Shown here piece after piece: positions 47,917 to 61,900 of a DNA stretch of 64,000 nt. The notes under the pieces were generated by a model. The model was given only the letters and a program-made list of their open reading frames with translations, was not told the DNA's origin and searched no databases. Numbering within the stretch: position 1 is the stretch's first letter; each line of letters starts with the position of its first letter. This stretch comes from Mustelus asterias (taxonomy: Eukaryota): contig NC_135819.1 of the NCBI RefSeq assembly GCF_964213995.1, positions 4,464,001 through 4,528,000 on the forward strand. The letters are read 5' to 3'. The translations under genes were made by a program, and so were the position numbers.

Positions 47917-50226
47917 GTACAGTGGCTCGGAGCCTCTCCTCTCTTGCTGTTTTGACAGGAGAGGGAGATTTCTCTCCTGATTTATATTGTGTGTGTGTGT
48001 GAGGCTGTTGTAATGCGCAACCGGAAGATGGTCTTGTTTTAACACAAAAAAAATAGCAGACATTGAACCTGTCCCGCAGCCCCTGAACTGGCAGCTGAGA
48101 ATAGCATATACAAACCCAGACACAATCGTTAATCCTCTTTCCCCCCCGCCCAAAAAAGGCGAATTTTTCTCCCCCCTTATTCAGTTAATTAAAAACAAGA
48201 GAAGCTTTTGATACTGCTAGACTCCCAACTGCTTGATTTATGGCCCATTGTATGTTTTGAATTATTCCGGATAATTTATTGTGTTTTTTTTTTGTTGTGT
48301 GTTGAGGTTTGGATGGATGGATTTAAAGCCCCCCAAAAAAACACTAATTGTAAGGTCTATCTCTGCCTCAATGCAATCTGCATTATTGATCTAATGCATT
48401 CAGGGGAGGGAGGGGGAATTGAGTCATTAATTAAACTGGTTAAGAGGATTGAGAATAATTCCTGAATTGGGTTTCTGTATATAATGTGTGTCTGTCTCTC
48501 TCTCTCCCCTGCCCAGATTGTGTTAAATGAAATGGCCGTGTTTGTGTGGGAAGGGGAGAGAGAGAAGGATTTATTTTAATTCCTTATCAACAGTGCCAGC
48601 TCTCTCTCTCTCTCTTTCTCTCTCCCCCCGGTTTAAAGGGACTGTGTTGAAATTGCAGAGAGGAGGAGGGAGGGGTGGGTGGGGGGCGTGTGGTTACTTT
48701 CAATCGTGAAATTGACAGCCTATCAATCCCACCCCCTTTCCCAATCGCGAGGGTTTTTGAGGGGATCCTCTTGGGCATTTTATTTTAACCCCCTTTTGAC
48801 GGTTCTGGGCCCAACCCTTGGCTATTTCTACCCTGCCTGATTTACTGTGTTGTTTATATTTGGAGAAAATAACCAACCCCCCCCCCGCCACACACACACA
48901 CACACATGTAAAATTGTACTTTGATCATGACTCAAGTCAATTGTGTAATGAGCGACTGGAGGTCAACTTGCCCTCACCTTCTCTAAATGCTGCTTGTTTT
49001 TGTTTTCCATTAAGATCTGGATGTGTTAAGTTTTTAATGTCATGGGTGGCACAGTGGTTAGCACTGCTGCCTCACTGCTCCAGAGGCCTGGGTTCGGTTC
49101 CCGGCTTGGGTCACTGTCTGTGTGGAGTTTGTATGTTCTCCCTGTGACTGCATGGGTTTCCTCCGGGTGCTCCGGTTTCCACCCACAATCCAAAGATGTA
49201 CAGGTTAGGTGGATTGGCCATGCTAAATTGCCCCTTAGTGTCCAAAGATGTGCGGATTAGAGGGATTGGGGGGGGGGGTGAATATGTGGGGTTATGGGGA
49301 GAGGGCTTGGGTGGGATTGTGGTCAGTGCAGACTCGATGGGCCAAATGGCCTCTTTCTGCACTGTAGGGTCTCTATGATGTCCCAGGTTTCACTGTGGAA
49401 TAGTACATGCTGAGAGATTGGTGGGGTGGGGGAGTGGTTAGTTGTCGTGTATCTCAGTGTAGATAAGAGTGTGAGACTGGGTGAAGTTTACAATTGACCA
49501 TGGACCCTCTGGATTGCGTGGTTGCCAGTGATCATTCCCTGCTGTCTTGTCTTTGATTGAATCGACCTGTGCTGTGCAGGTTGGAGAGGGTCAGTCTTCA
49601 GCTGACATTCAGCCCTTGTGGGTGGGAGGGTGGGGGTGTTGACCGTGTGTTAGACAATGTTGCGGATTTGCATTGTTGTTGTAGCAGGTTTCTGGCCAAA
49701 ATTGCTGATCGGCCATGTTTCAAACTAGCAGAACAGGCTTGAGGCCTTATACTCCTGTTCCTGGAACTGTACACAAGCTATAGTCATGGCCTGCTTTGTG
49801 TATCCTATTAGATCATAAGACAAAGGAGCAGAATTAGGCCATTTGGCCCATCATGTCTGCTCCACCATTCGATCGTGGCTGATGTGATTCTCATCCCCCA
49901 TTTTCCTGCCTTTACGTAGAATGTCCACTGTGCTGAAGGAGTCCATTCGACCCATCGAGTCTGCACCAACAACAATCTAACCCCACATCCCCACTAACTC
50001 CTCTAATCTACACTCCTGGGACAATATGGGGCAACTTTGCATGGCCAATCAACCTAACCCGCATATCTTTGGACTGTGGGAGGAAACTGGAGCATGCAGA
50101 GGAAATCCATGCAGACACGGGGAGAATGTCTGTGTGGAGTTTGCACAATGACCCAAGCTGGGAATCGAACCCGGGTCCCTGGAGCTGTGAGGCAGCAGTG
50201 CTAACCACTGTGTTACCGTGCCACCT

Positions 50227-50670
50227 GTAACCTTTGATCCCCTTACCAATCAAGAACCTATCTATCTCTGTCTTAAATGCACTCGATGACCTAGACTCCA
50301 CAGTCTTCTGCGGCAAGGAATTCCACAGATTCACCACCCTCTGGCTGAAGAAATTTGGTTCTAAAGAGTCGTCCCTTTACTCTGAGGCTGTGCCCTTCAA
50401 TCCTAGTCTCTCCCACTGATGGAAACATCTTCCTCACATCCACTCTATCCAGGCCTTTCAGTATTCTGTAAGTTTCAATGGGATCCCCCCATATCCTTCT
50501 AAACTCCATCGAGTACAGACCCAGAGTCCTCAAACGCTCCTCATAGGTAAAGCTTTTCATTCCAGGGATTGTTCTCGTGAACCTCCTCTGGACCCTCTCC
50601 AAGGCCAGCACATCCTTCCTTAGATACGGGGCCCAAAATTGCTCCAATATTCAAAATATGGTCTCACCAC
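50227..50670 (-). mobile_element. CR1 3' fragment
   Basis: EQFWAPYLRKDVLALERVQRRFTR... Confidence 0.85.
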
Positions 50671-52107
50671 ATTTATCCTGAGTATAGTCAACAAATGATG
50701 GTTTGCTTTATGATCCAGTATATTGGTGTTTCTCTTCTGCGATGCCTGAGACATCTATTGCATGAGAGACCAGTGCGATAATGGCAAATGTTGTCATCTT
50801 AAAAGGAGAAGTAGGTTTTATTTGAGAATGAAAAGCAGCATTTTGGCCACTTTTCTGAGGGATTTCCCCTCATTAACAAGCGTGTCAGGCCCTCGGGAAA
50901 GATGGATCCCAATCTTAAAAAGAAATAGCACCCCATCTGTGAGTTGGCACCTCTGACAATGCAACTCCACTGCAGCTAATAAATAAACTTCGCATTGAGG
51001 AGGAAGTGGGGACTTGCCCTGGCCTTGGATCGTGTACGTTGCGTACAAGAGGTGATTGCCAATATTTTAGCTTTGACTATAGGCTTGTGCCACATCTACA
51101 TGTGAGAGAGGATTTTTTTTTAACCAATCCTGTCTGAGCCAAGGCTTGGTTTTGCAGTCGATTTGATTGCAGGTGATCTCGGTATCCCTGGAGCATTTTA
51201 GGCTTGAAAGTTCCTTGAAGCTTTCAGCAGTGTGAGAAACCTCCAAGCTGATGTGGTGTTTGAGTCTAATCAGTTGCAAATGCTTACCGGGAACTGGACC
51301 TGTTAATGCTATAACCACACAGTGGTGTAAGGGGGAGGTGGCAGGGGAGCAATGTAGGAAGCATATGGTTCAATGGAAAGGCTGCTTTAGACCAGACAAC
51401 CCATCTTGCTGTATATGTTTTGCTTCCAGACCATGACCTTGATTTTATTGTGTGTTTAATTTCATCACCGTTTTGAGTTGGGCCTGAAGTATGTGTTAAC
51501 CATTTGGGCTGGAATGTCTTGAAGATCCCTGATTTGAAGTTTTAATATCATGCTCAGATAAACATGGGTTCTGTATTTACATTGAATTGTACTTGGATGC
51601 AGAAAATGGGTGCAATTGAGTCAATTAAATTCCTCCCTGTGAAAAACGGTCAGAAGTATGGCATAGCCTGGTCTCACTCAATGGTGGCACAGCGGTTAGC
51701 AGTGCTGCCTCACAGTGCCAGGGACCCAGGTTCAATTCCGGCCTTGGGGACTGTGTCTGTCTGTGTGGAGTTTGCCACCGTGTCTGCGTGGGTTTCTTCC
51801 GAGTGCTCCGGTTTCCTTCCAGACTCCAAAAATGTGCGGGTTAGGTTGATTGGCCATGCTACATTGCTCCTTAGTGTCAGGGGGATTAGTAGGGTAAATA
51901 TGTGGGGTTACGGGGGTAGGGCCTGGGTGGGATGCTCTGACAGAGTCGGTACAGGCCTGACGGGCCAAATGGCCTCCTCTTGCAATGTAGGAATTCTATT
52001 CTATTATGTATGTGTCGGTTAGGTGGATTGGCCATGCTAAATTGCCCCTTGGTGTCCAAAGATGTCTAGGTTAGGGGGATTAGTGGGGTTACAGTGATAG
52101 GGAGCCA

Positions 52108-52520
52108 TGGTGTGGAGATGCCAGCGTTGAACTGGGGTGGGCACCGTAAGTAGTCTCTCAAGTCCAACAGGTTTATTTGGTAGCACGAGCTTCGGAGGGC
52201 TGCTGCTTCATCAGGTGAGTGGGAATTGGGTTCACAAACAGGGCATATATAGGCACAAACTCAATTACAAGATCATGGTTGGAATGCGAGTCTTAATAGG
52301 TAATCAAGTCTTTACAGATGCAGACAATGCGAGTGGAGAGATGGTTAAGCACAAGTTAGAGATGCGAATTGTCTCCAGTCAGAACAGTTGGTGAGATTTT
52401 GCAAGTCGTGGGGGTTACAGATAGTGTGACATGAACCCAAGATCCCAGTTGAGGCCGTCCTCGTGTGTGGAACTTGGCTGTCAGCCTCTGCTCAGCGACT
52501 CTGCGCCGTCGTGTGTCTTG
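52108..52520 (-). mobile_element. Older Penelope 3'/pLTR fragment inserted in a SINE
   Basis: Homologous to 58620-59068, including the GIY-YIG C-terminus and the hammerhead-like core. Confidence 0.8.
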
Positions 52521-53149
52521 AAAGTCACAGAGAGGGTCTGGGTTCTCCGGTTTCCTCCCACACTCAAGATGTGCGGGTTAGGTTGATTGGCCATGCTAAA
52601 TTTCCCCATGGTGTCAGGGGGATTAGCAGGGTAAATATGTGGGCTTACAGGGCCTGGGTGGGATTGTGGTCGGTGCAGGCTCGATGGGCGGAATGGCCTC
52701 CTTCTGCACTGTAGGGATTCTATATCTATGAAGTTCAAGATCTGACCCGAAAATGTTCCTAGCATTTTTTGATTTGTCTCTGCACTCTCTGCCCTCAAAT
52801 TGCCAAGGTTCATGTGTTGCTTTGTGCTTCCTTCCCCACCTTGCTATCCTCCGTTCCTTTCACCATTCCATTCTGGTCTCAGCCAAGGACGATGGCTCCT
52901 ATTTTCCTGTCGGGGCTGAGTCAGGTCACACTCAGTGTTGGTGAACATCTCTGATTAGATTACAATGAGGTCCTATCCCAGCAGAGCAGAATGGGTAGCT
53001 GGCTCTCTCACACCTGCAGAGTTAACAGACGCAGGCAAACGCAATGTAATATTATGTTAGCGAAGGCAGTTGGTCCTGTTTGTGTTCATGTTTCCAGAGA
53101 GCAAGTGGGAGGTTTTGTACAACTGGTCTTGATAGTACAAGATGCTTTA

Positions 53150-53800
53150 CAAAGAAAAGTAAAGTACAGCACAGGAACAGGCCCTTCGGCCCTCCAAGCC
53201 TGCACCGATCATGATGCCTGCCTAAACTAAAACCGTCTGCACTTACAGACTCTGTATCCTTCCATTCCCATCCTATTCATGTATTTGTCTAGTTGCCCCT
53301 TAAATGCCGCTATCGTACCTGCTCCCACCCCCTCCCCGGGCAGCGCGTTCCAGACATTCACCACCCTCTGTGTAAAAAAAACTTGCCTCGCACATCTCCT
53401 CTAAACTTTTCCCCACTCACCTTAAACCTATGTCCCCTAGCACTTGACTTTTCTACCCTAGGAAAAAGCATCTGACTATCCACTCTGTCCATGCCCCTCA
53501 TAATCTTGTAGACCTCTATCAGGTCGTCCCCTCAACTTCTGTCATTCCAGTGAGAACAAATCCAGTTTATCCAACCTCTCCTCATAGCTAATACCCTCCA
53601 GACCAGGCAACATCCTGGTAAACCTCTTCTGTACCCTCTCCAAAGCATCCACATCCTTCTGGTAGTGTGGTGACCGGAATTATACACAATATTCTAAATG
53701 AGGCCTAACTAAGGTTCTGTACAGCTGCAACGTGACCTACCAATTATACTCAATGCCCGACTGTTGGAGGCAAGCATGCCGTATGCCTTCTTGACTTTTT
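53150..53800 (-). mobile_element. CR1 3' fragment
   Basis: CR1 C-terminal coding remnant and 3' UTR. Confidence 0.85.
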
Positions 53801-56634
53801 TGTCTGTGACTTCCAACTTCTGGGAAGGAGGGATGAATGCGTTTGACTAGGCTTTTGGATAGGCACAGATATTTGTGTATAAATTTAAACGAGGTTTTAT
53901 TCATCCCAAACCAGAGTTGGACTCCAGCTTTGAGACCAGCCATCCCGAAACAAATTTTCCCATCTCGCACGCGAGTTGTCGATGTTGGTGGCCACTGGTT
54001 TCACAGATTGTGTGAGATAAGCAGCAGAAGGAGAAATGGATTGAGGGATCTCGTGATGAAATTGTCTGGATGAATCAAAAAAGATGCAATTGACCATTTT
54101 TGTCTGGTATTTGGGGGGTGCTGGCAAAGGCCACGTTTATTGTCCAACTCTTATTGTCCTATGAAGGTAGTGCTGGACTTTTTAAATGTGTTGTGAATGC
54201 ATACAGTGTCCTAAATCATACCAAGTCGGGTGGCACAGTGGTTAGCACTGCTGCCTCACAGCCCCAGGGACCCGGGTCCGATTCCCGGCTTGGGTCACTG
54301 TCTGTGTAGCGTCTGCACGTTCTCCCTGTGTCTGCGTGGGTTTCCTCCAGAGGTAGTGTGGTTCCCACACACCAAAGATGTGTGGGTTAGGTGAATTGGC
54401 CGTGCGAAATTGCCCTTTAGGGGGACGAGCTAGATTAAATGCATGGGGTTATGGGGATAGGGCCTGGGTGGGATTGTGATCTATGCAGATTTGATGGGCT
54501 GAATGGCCCCCTTCCGCACTATGATTCTAAGCCTGTTCGCTTATAGTCCCTGTGTTTGCTCCCCTCCCCACCCCCAAATCCCTAATCTCTTCCAAACCCA
54601 CAATCCTCCCAAGATGTCTGCACTCTTTGACTCTGGTCAGTTGAGCAACCCTGATTATAAAGTTGGTCCACCCATGTTGGCAGTGTGAACCTTGATTCCT
54701 CTAAATCTCTCTTTGCCTCTCTACCTTGCTCTCTCTTTTGAAGGCAGTTCTTAAACCCAAACTCAGCTAATATCTCCTTATGTGGCTCAGTGTCATATAT
54801 TTTTAGTGCTTTAAGATGCTCCAATCTTGCACAATTGTTAAACTTCAAATGACAATGAGAATCAACTTTATGGAATCCCTACAGTGCAGAAGGAGGCCAT
54901 TCAGCCCATCAAGCCTGCACCGACCACAATCCCACCCAGGCTCTATCCCCATAACCCCACACATTGACCCTGCTAATCCCCCTGACACCAAGAACAAAGA
55001 AAATTATAGCACAGGAACAGGCCCTTCGGCCCTCCAAGCCTGCACCGATCATGCTGCCGGACTGAACTGAAACCCACTACCCTTCTGAGGACCATATCCC
55101 TCCATTCCCATCCTATTCATGTATTTGTCAAGATGCCCCTTAAATGTCACTATCGTATCTGCTTCCACTACCTCCAGTAAGAAGTTTAACAACACCAGGT
55201 TAAAGTCCAACAGGTTTATTTGGTAGCAAAAGCCACACAAGCTTTCAAGGCTCTGAGCCCCTTCTTCAGGTGAGTGGGAATTCTGTTCACAAACAGAACT
55301 TATAAAGACACAAACTCAATTTACATGAATAATGGTTGGAATGCGAATACTTACAACTAATCCAGTCTTTAAGAAACAAAACAATGGGAGTGGAGAGAGC
55401 ATCAAGACAGGCTAAAAAGATGTGTATTGTCTCCAGACAAGACAGCCAGTGAAACTCTGCAGGTCCACGCAACTGTGGGAGTTACAAATAGTGTGACATA
55501 AACCCAATATCCCAGTTGAGGCCGTCCTTGTGTGTGCGGAACTTGGCTATCAGTTTCTGCTCAGCGACTCTGCGCTGTCGTGTGTCGCGAAGGCCGCCTT
55601 GGAGAACGCTTACCCGAATATCAGAGGCCGAATGCCCGTGATTGCTGAAGTGCTCCCCAACAGGAAGAGAACAGTCTTGCCTGGTGATTGTCGAGCGGTG
55701 TTCATTCATCCGTTGTCGCAGCGTCTGCATAGTTTCCCCAATGTACCATGCCTCGGGACATCCTTTCTTGCAGCGTATCAGGTAGACAACGTTGGCCGAG
55801 TTGCAAGAGTATGTACCGTGTACCTGGTGGATGGTGTTCTCACGTGAGATGATGGCATCTGTGTCGATGATCCGGCACGTCTTGCAGAGGTTGCTGTGGC
55901 AGGGTTGTGTGGTGTCGTGGTCACTGTTCTCCTGAAGGCTGGGTAGTTTGCTGCGGACAATGGTCTGTTTGAGGTTGTGCGGTTGTTTGAAGGCAAGAAG
56001 TGGGGGTGTGGGGATGGCCTTGGCGAGATGTTCGTCTTCATCAATTACATGTTGAAGGCTCCGGAGGAGATGCCGTAGCTTCTCCGCTCTGGGGAAGTAC
56101 TGGACAACGAAGGGTACTCTGTCCACTGTGTCCCGTGTTTGTCTTCTGAGGAGGTCGGTGCGGTTTTTCGCTGTGGCGCGTTGGAACTGTCGATCGATGA
56201 GTCGAGCGCCATATCCTGTTCTTATGAGGGCATGTTTCAGTGTCTGGAGGTGTCTGTTGCGATCCTCCTCATCCGAGCAGATCCTGTGTATACGGAGGGC
56301 TTGTCCGTAGGGGATGGCTTCTTTAACGTGTTTAGGGTAGTTTGTTGTCACAAGGCAAACACGACAAGGCAGACGAGACAAAGGAACTACACCATCTACA
56401 TGCACACCAAGAACAGGAAACTTGAGAAACTCGGCATCACCACCAGCAGCAACCAAGCCTCCCCCGGTACCACAGTAGAAAACAGTACCACTGCAGGGAA
56501 GTCCATTGTCAACTTATCCGACTACACACTTCAACCAGATGAAATCGAAGTTCTCAGCCGAGGGCTTAATTTTTGCCCCACCACCAAAATAGACCCCATC
56601 AGTCTCGCAGCGGACACAGGAATTCATCAGGCGA

Positions 56635-58725
56635 ATGAGGCTGAGGGAGTTCTTCCACAAACCCCAAGAGGCCAACAACGAACACAATGAGACAGCCAAT
56701 GAACCGGATCAGCCGACAGAGAGATCCGCAGTGCATCCGAAGAGGAAAGAGTCGAATTGGACTCCTCCGGAAGGCCGCTGCCCTCGACTTGACATCTATG
56801 CCCAAGCCGTCAGGAGGTGCGTCAACACCAAATTCATCAGCCGCACTCACAAGACAGCCCCGAACATCACCCAAGCACAACGTAACGCCATCCACGCTCT
56901 CAAGACCAACCGCAACATTGTCATCAAACCAGCAGACAAAGGAGGGGCCATCGTCATACTGAACAGAACGGATTACTGCAAAGAAGTGTACCGACAACTA
57001 AACAACGAGGAACACTACAGACAGTTACCTGCAGATCCGACCAAAGAACACACCCGTCAACTCAACACTCTGATCAAGACCTTTGATCCGGACCTTCAGA
57101 ACACCCTCCGTGCTCTCATCCCACGTACTCCCCGCGTTGGAGATCTCTACTGCCTCCCGAAGATACACAAGGCAAACACACCCGGCCGTCCCATCGTATC
57201 GGGCAATGGGACCCTGTGCGAGAACCTCTCCGGCGATGTCGAGGGCATCCTGAAACCCATTGTACAAAGAACCCCCAGCTTTTGTCGCGACACGACGGAC
57301 TTCCTACAGAAACTCGGCACACATGGAGCAGTTGAACCAGGAGCGCTCCTCGTCACAATGGATGTCTCAGCACTCTACACCAGCATCCCCCATGACGATG
57401 GCATTGCTGCAACGGCCTCAGTGCTCAGCGCCAACAACTGCCAGTTTCCAGATGCAATTTTACATCTCATCCGCTTCATCCTGGACCACAATATCTTCAC
57501 CTTCAACAACCAGTTCTTCATCCAGACACACGGAACAGCCATGGGGACCAAATTTGCACCTCAATATGCCAACATCTTCATGCACAGGTTCGAACAAGAC
57601 TTCTTCACCGCACGGGACCTTCAACCGATGCTATACACTAGATACATCGATGACATTTTCTTCCTTTGGACTCATGGTGAACAATCACTGAAACAACTCT
57701 ATGATGACATCAACAAGTTCCATCCCACCATCAGGCTCACCATAGACTACTCTCCGGAATCGGTTGCATTCTTGGACACGCGCATCTCCATTAAGGACGG
57801 TCACCTCAGCACCTCACTGTACCGCAAGCCCACGGATAACCTCACGATGCTCCACTTCTCCAGCTTCCACCCTAAACACGTTAAAGAAGCCATCCCCTAC
57901 GGACAAGCCCTCCGTATACACAGGATCTGCTCGGATGAGGAGGATCGCAACAGACACCTCCAGACGCTGAAAGATGCCCTCATAAGAACAGGATATGGCG
58001 TTAGACTCATTGATCAACAGTTCCAACGCGCCACAGCGAAAAACCGCACCGACCTCCTCAGAAGACAAACACGGGACACAGTGGACAGAGTACCCTTCAT
58101 TGTCCAGTACTTCCCCGGAGCGGAGAAGCTACGGCATCTCCTCCGGAGCCTTCAACATGTAATTGATGAAGACGAACATCTCGCCAAGGCCATCCCCACA
58201 CCCCCACTTCTTGCCTTCAAACAACCGCACAACCTCAAACAGACCATTGTCCGCAGCAAACTACCCAGCCTTCAGGAGAACAGTGACCAAGACACCACAC
58301 AACCCTGCCACAGCAACCTCTGCAAGACGTGCCGGATCATCGACACAGATGCCATCATCTCACGTGAGAACACCATCCACCAGGTACACGGTACATACTC
58401 TTGCAACTCGGCCAACGTTGTCTACCTGATACGCTGCAAGAAAGGATGTCCCGAGGCATGGTACATTGGGGAAACTATGCAGACGCTGCGACAACGGATG
58501 AATGAACACCGCTCGACAATCACCAGGCAAGACTGTTCTCTTCCTGTTGGGGAGCACTTCAGCGATCACGGGCATTCGGCCTCTGATATTCGGGTAAGCG
58601 TTCTCCAAGGCGGCCTTCGCGACACACGACAGCGCAGAGTCGCTGAGCAGAAACTGATAGCCAAGTTCCGCACACACAAGGACGGCCTCAACCGGGATAT
58701 TGGGTTTATGTCACACTATTTGTAA
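56635..58725 (+). CDS. Penelope RT + GIY-YIG endonuclease ORF (5'-truncated; N-terminal part in another frame)
   Basis: KPADKGG, LPKIHK..PGRPIVS, DVSALYT, GTAMG, RYIDD, FLD; C-terminal NVVY.I.C..C...YIGET..LR.R..EH. Confidence 0.95.
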   Translation: MRLREFFHKPQEANNEHNETANEPDQPTERSAVHPKRKESNWTPPEGRCPRLDIYAQAVRRCVNTKFISRTHKTAPNITQAQRNAIHALKTNRNIVIKPADKGGAIVILNRTDYCKEVYRQLNNEEHYRQLPADPTKEHTRQLNTLIKTFDPDLQNTLRALIPRTPRVGDLYCLPKIHKANTPGRPIVSGNGTLCENLSGDVEGILKPIVQRTPSFCRDTTDFLQKLGTHGAVEPGALLVTMDVSALYTSIPHDDGIAATASVLSANNCQFPDAILHLIRFILDHNIFTFNNQFFIQTHGTAMGTKFAPQYANIFMHRFEQDFFTARDLQPMLYTRYIDDIFFLWTHGEQSLKQLYDDINKFHPTIRLTIDYSPESVAFLDTRISIKDGHLSTSLYRKPTDNLTMLHFSSFHPKHVKEAIPYGQALRIHRICSDEEDRNRHLQTLKDALIRTGYGVRLIDQQFQRATAKNRTDLLRRQTRDTVDRVPFIVQYFPGAEKLRHLLRSLQHVIDEDEHLAKAIPTPPLLAFKQPHNLKQTIVRSKLPSLQENSDQDTTQPCHSNLCKTCRIIDTDAIISRENTIHQVHGTYSCNSANVVYLIRCKKGCPEAWYIGETMQTLRQRMNEHRSTITRQDCSLPVGEHFSDHGHSASDIRVSVLQGGLRDTRQRRVAEQKLIAKFRTHKDGLNRDIGFMSHYL

Positions 58726-58932
58726 CTCCCACAGTTGCGTGGACCTGCAGAGTTTCACTGGCTGTCTTGTCTGGAGACAATACACATCTTTTTAGCCTGT
58801 CTTGATGCTCTCTCCACTCCCATTGTTTTGTTTCTTAAAGACTGGATTAGTTGTAAGTATTCGCATTCCAACCATTATTCATGTAAATTGAGTTTGTGTC
58901 TTTATAAGTTCTGTTTGTGAACAGAATTCCCA

Positions 58933-58972
58933 CTCACCTGAAGAAGGGGCTCAGAGCCTCGAAAGCTTGTGT
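58933..58972 (+). ncRNA. Minimal type-I hammerhead ribozyme-like motif in the Penelope pLTR (antisense twin at about 55235-55274)
   Basis: CAC-CTGAAGA-(AGGGGCTCAGAGCCTC)-GAAA-GCT-T-GTG: CUGANGA and GAAA cores, stem II, palindromic AAGCTT stem III, CAC/GTG stem I. Confidence 0.65.
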
Positions 58973-61900
58973 GGCTTTTGCTACCAAATAAACCTGTTGG
59001 ACTTTAACCTGGTGTTGTTAAACTTCTTACTGTGTTTACCCCAGTCCAACGCCGGCATCTCCACATCATCCACTACCTCCCCCAGCAATGTTTTCTAGGC
59101 ACCCACCACCCTGACAACAAAATGCCTTGTACATCTCCTTTAAACCTTGCCCCTGGCACCTAAAACCTATGTTGCCTAGTAATTGACTCTTCCACCCTGG
59201 AAAAAGCTTCTGACTATCCACTCTGTCCAAGCCCCTCATAATCTTGTAGACTTCTATCAGGTCGCCCCTCAACCTCCGTCATTCCAGTGAGAACAGACCA
59301 AGTTTCTCCAACCTCACCTCATAGCTAATGTCCTCCATACCAGGCAACATCTTGGTAAATCTTTTCTGTACCCTCTCCAAAGCCTCCACATCCTTCTGGT
59401 AGTGTGGCGACCAGGATTGAACACTATTCCAAGTGAGGCCTAAGGTTCTATAAAGCTGCAACATGGCTTGCCAGTTTTTAAACTCAATGCCCCGGCCGAT
59501 GAAGGCAAGCATGCCGTATACCTTCTTGACTACCTTCTCCACCTGCGTTGCCACTTTCAGTGACCTGTGTACCTGTACACCCAGTTCCCTCTGCCTATCA
59601 ATACTCTGAAGGGTTCTACCATTTACTGTATATTTTCTATCTGTATTAGACCTTCCAAAATGCATTACCTCACATTTGTCCAGATTAAACTCCATCTGCC
59701 ATCTCTCCGCCCAAATCTCCAACCAATCTATATCCTGCTGTATCCTCTGATGGTCCTCATCGCTATCTGCAAATCCACCAACCTTTGTGTCGTTTGCAAA
59801 CTTACTAATCAAACCAGTTACATTTTCCTCAATCATTTATTTATATATATATATTACAAACAGCAAAGGTCCCAGCACTGATCCCTGAGGAACACCACTT
59901 GTCACAGCCCTCCATTCAGAAACGCACCCTTCCACTGCTACCCTCTGTCTTCTTTGACCAAGCCAGTTTTGTATCCACCTTGCCAGCTCACCTCTGATCC
60001 CATGTGACTTCATCTTCTGCACCAGTCTGCCATGAGGGACCTTGTCAAAGGCCTTACTGAAGCCCATGTAGACAACATCCACTGCCCTACCCTCATCAAG
60101 CATCTTCGTCACTTCCTCGAAAAACTCGATCAAGTTAGTGAGATGTGACCTCCCCCTTACAAAACCATGTTGCCTCTCGCTATTACGTCCACTTATTTCC
60201 AAGTGGGAGTAAATCCTGTCTTGAAGAATCTTCTCCAATAATTTCCCTACCACTGATGTAAGGCTCACCGGCCTGTAATTACCTGAATTATTCTTGCTAC
60301 CCTTCTTAAGCAAAGGAACAACATTGGCTATTCTCCGATCCAATGGGACCTCCCCTGTAGCCAGTGAGGATATAAAGATTTCTCTCAAGGCCCCAGCAAT
60401 TTCCTCCCTTGCCTCTCTCAGTATTCTGGGGTATATCCCTTCAGACCCTGGGGACTTGTCTACCTTAATGTTGCTCAAGAACCTCAATACCTCCTTTTTG
60501 ATCTCAACATGGCTCAAACTATCCACACACCCTTTCCCAGACTCATCATCCACCAAGTCCTTCTCTTTGGTGAATACTGACGCAAAGTACTCATTTAATA
60601 CCTCGCCCATCTCCTCTGGCTCCATGCATCGATTCCCTTCCCTGTCCTTGAGTGGGCCAACCCTCTCCCTGGCTACCCTCTTGCTCTTCACATATATATC
60701 TTTTCCTTAATCCTGCTGGCCAATGACTTTTTGTGATCCCTTTTAGCCCTCTTTCCTTCTTGCTTAAGTTTCTTTCTACTTTCCTTGTACTCCACACTTG
60801 CTTCGTGTGTTCCCAGCCTCCTAGCCTTGACAAATGCTTCCTTTTTCTCTTTGACTAGGCTCACAATATCTCTCGTTATCCAAGGTTCCCAAAACTTGCC
60901 ATACTTATCCTTCATCCTTACAGGAATGTGCCAGTCCTGAATCCCTATCAACTTGCACTTGAAAGCCTCCCACATGCCAGATGTTGATTTGCCCTCAAAC
61001 ATCTGCCCCCAATCAACATTCTTCAGGTCCTGCCTAATATTGTTGTAATTAGCCTTCCCCCAATTTAGCACTTTCACTTGACTACACTTATCTTTATCCA
61101 TCAGTACCTTAAAGCTTACTGAATTGTGGTAATTGTTCCCGAACTGCTCCCCTACTGAAAGGTGACCACCTGGCCGGGCTCGTTGTCCAATACGGCCCCT
61201 TCCCTAGTTGGACTACATTCTGCTTCAAAAAGCCCTCCTTACAAACTCTGTCCCATCCACACCCCTAGCGAGCCCCAGTCAATATAGGGAAAGTTAAAAT
61301 CTCCCACCGCAAGAACCCTGTTACTTTTACACCTTGCCAAAATCTGCCTACATATCTGTTCCTCTATCTCCCACTGGCTGTTGGGCGGCCTATAGTAAAC
61401 CCCCAACAATGTGACTACATCCTTCCTATATCTGAGTTCGACCCATATTGCCTCGCTGTATGAGCCCTCCGAGATTTTCTCCTGCAGAACAGCTGTGATA
61501 TTCTCCTTAACCAGTAGTACAACTCCCCCACCCCTTTTACATCCCCCTCTATCCCGCCTGAAACATCTGTATCCTGGGACGTTAAGCGGCCAATTCTGTC
61601 CTTCCCTTAATCAAGTCTCTGTAATAGCAACCACATCATAGAGCTTGGATTGGTACTTGGAACTAAGTTCCTCTGCCTTGCCTGTTACACTTGCATTGAA
61701 ACAAATGCACTTCAGTCCAACAGACCCCCTCTGATTAGCAATCCCACCTTACCCGCTGTTTCTCTGAGTCTTACTGGCCCTACTCTCTGGTTTCCCTTCA
61801 GCGAATTCACCTTTGCTTTGGTTCCCACCCCCCCGCCAAACTAGTTTAAATCCTCCCGTGTGACACTAGCAAACCTCCCGGCCAGAATATTTATGCCCTT

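Larger units (their letters stand above)
55176..59068 (+). mobile_element. Young Penelope-like element with a 5' inverted arm
   Basis: 55176-56338 is a near-perfect inverted copy of 57869-59031 (1163 bp each). 12-bp TSD tccactacctcc at 55164-55175 and 59069-59080. Confidence 0.95.
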
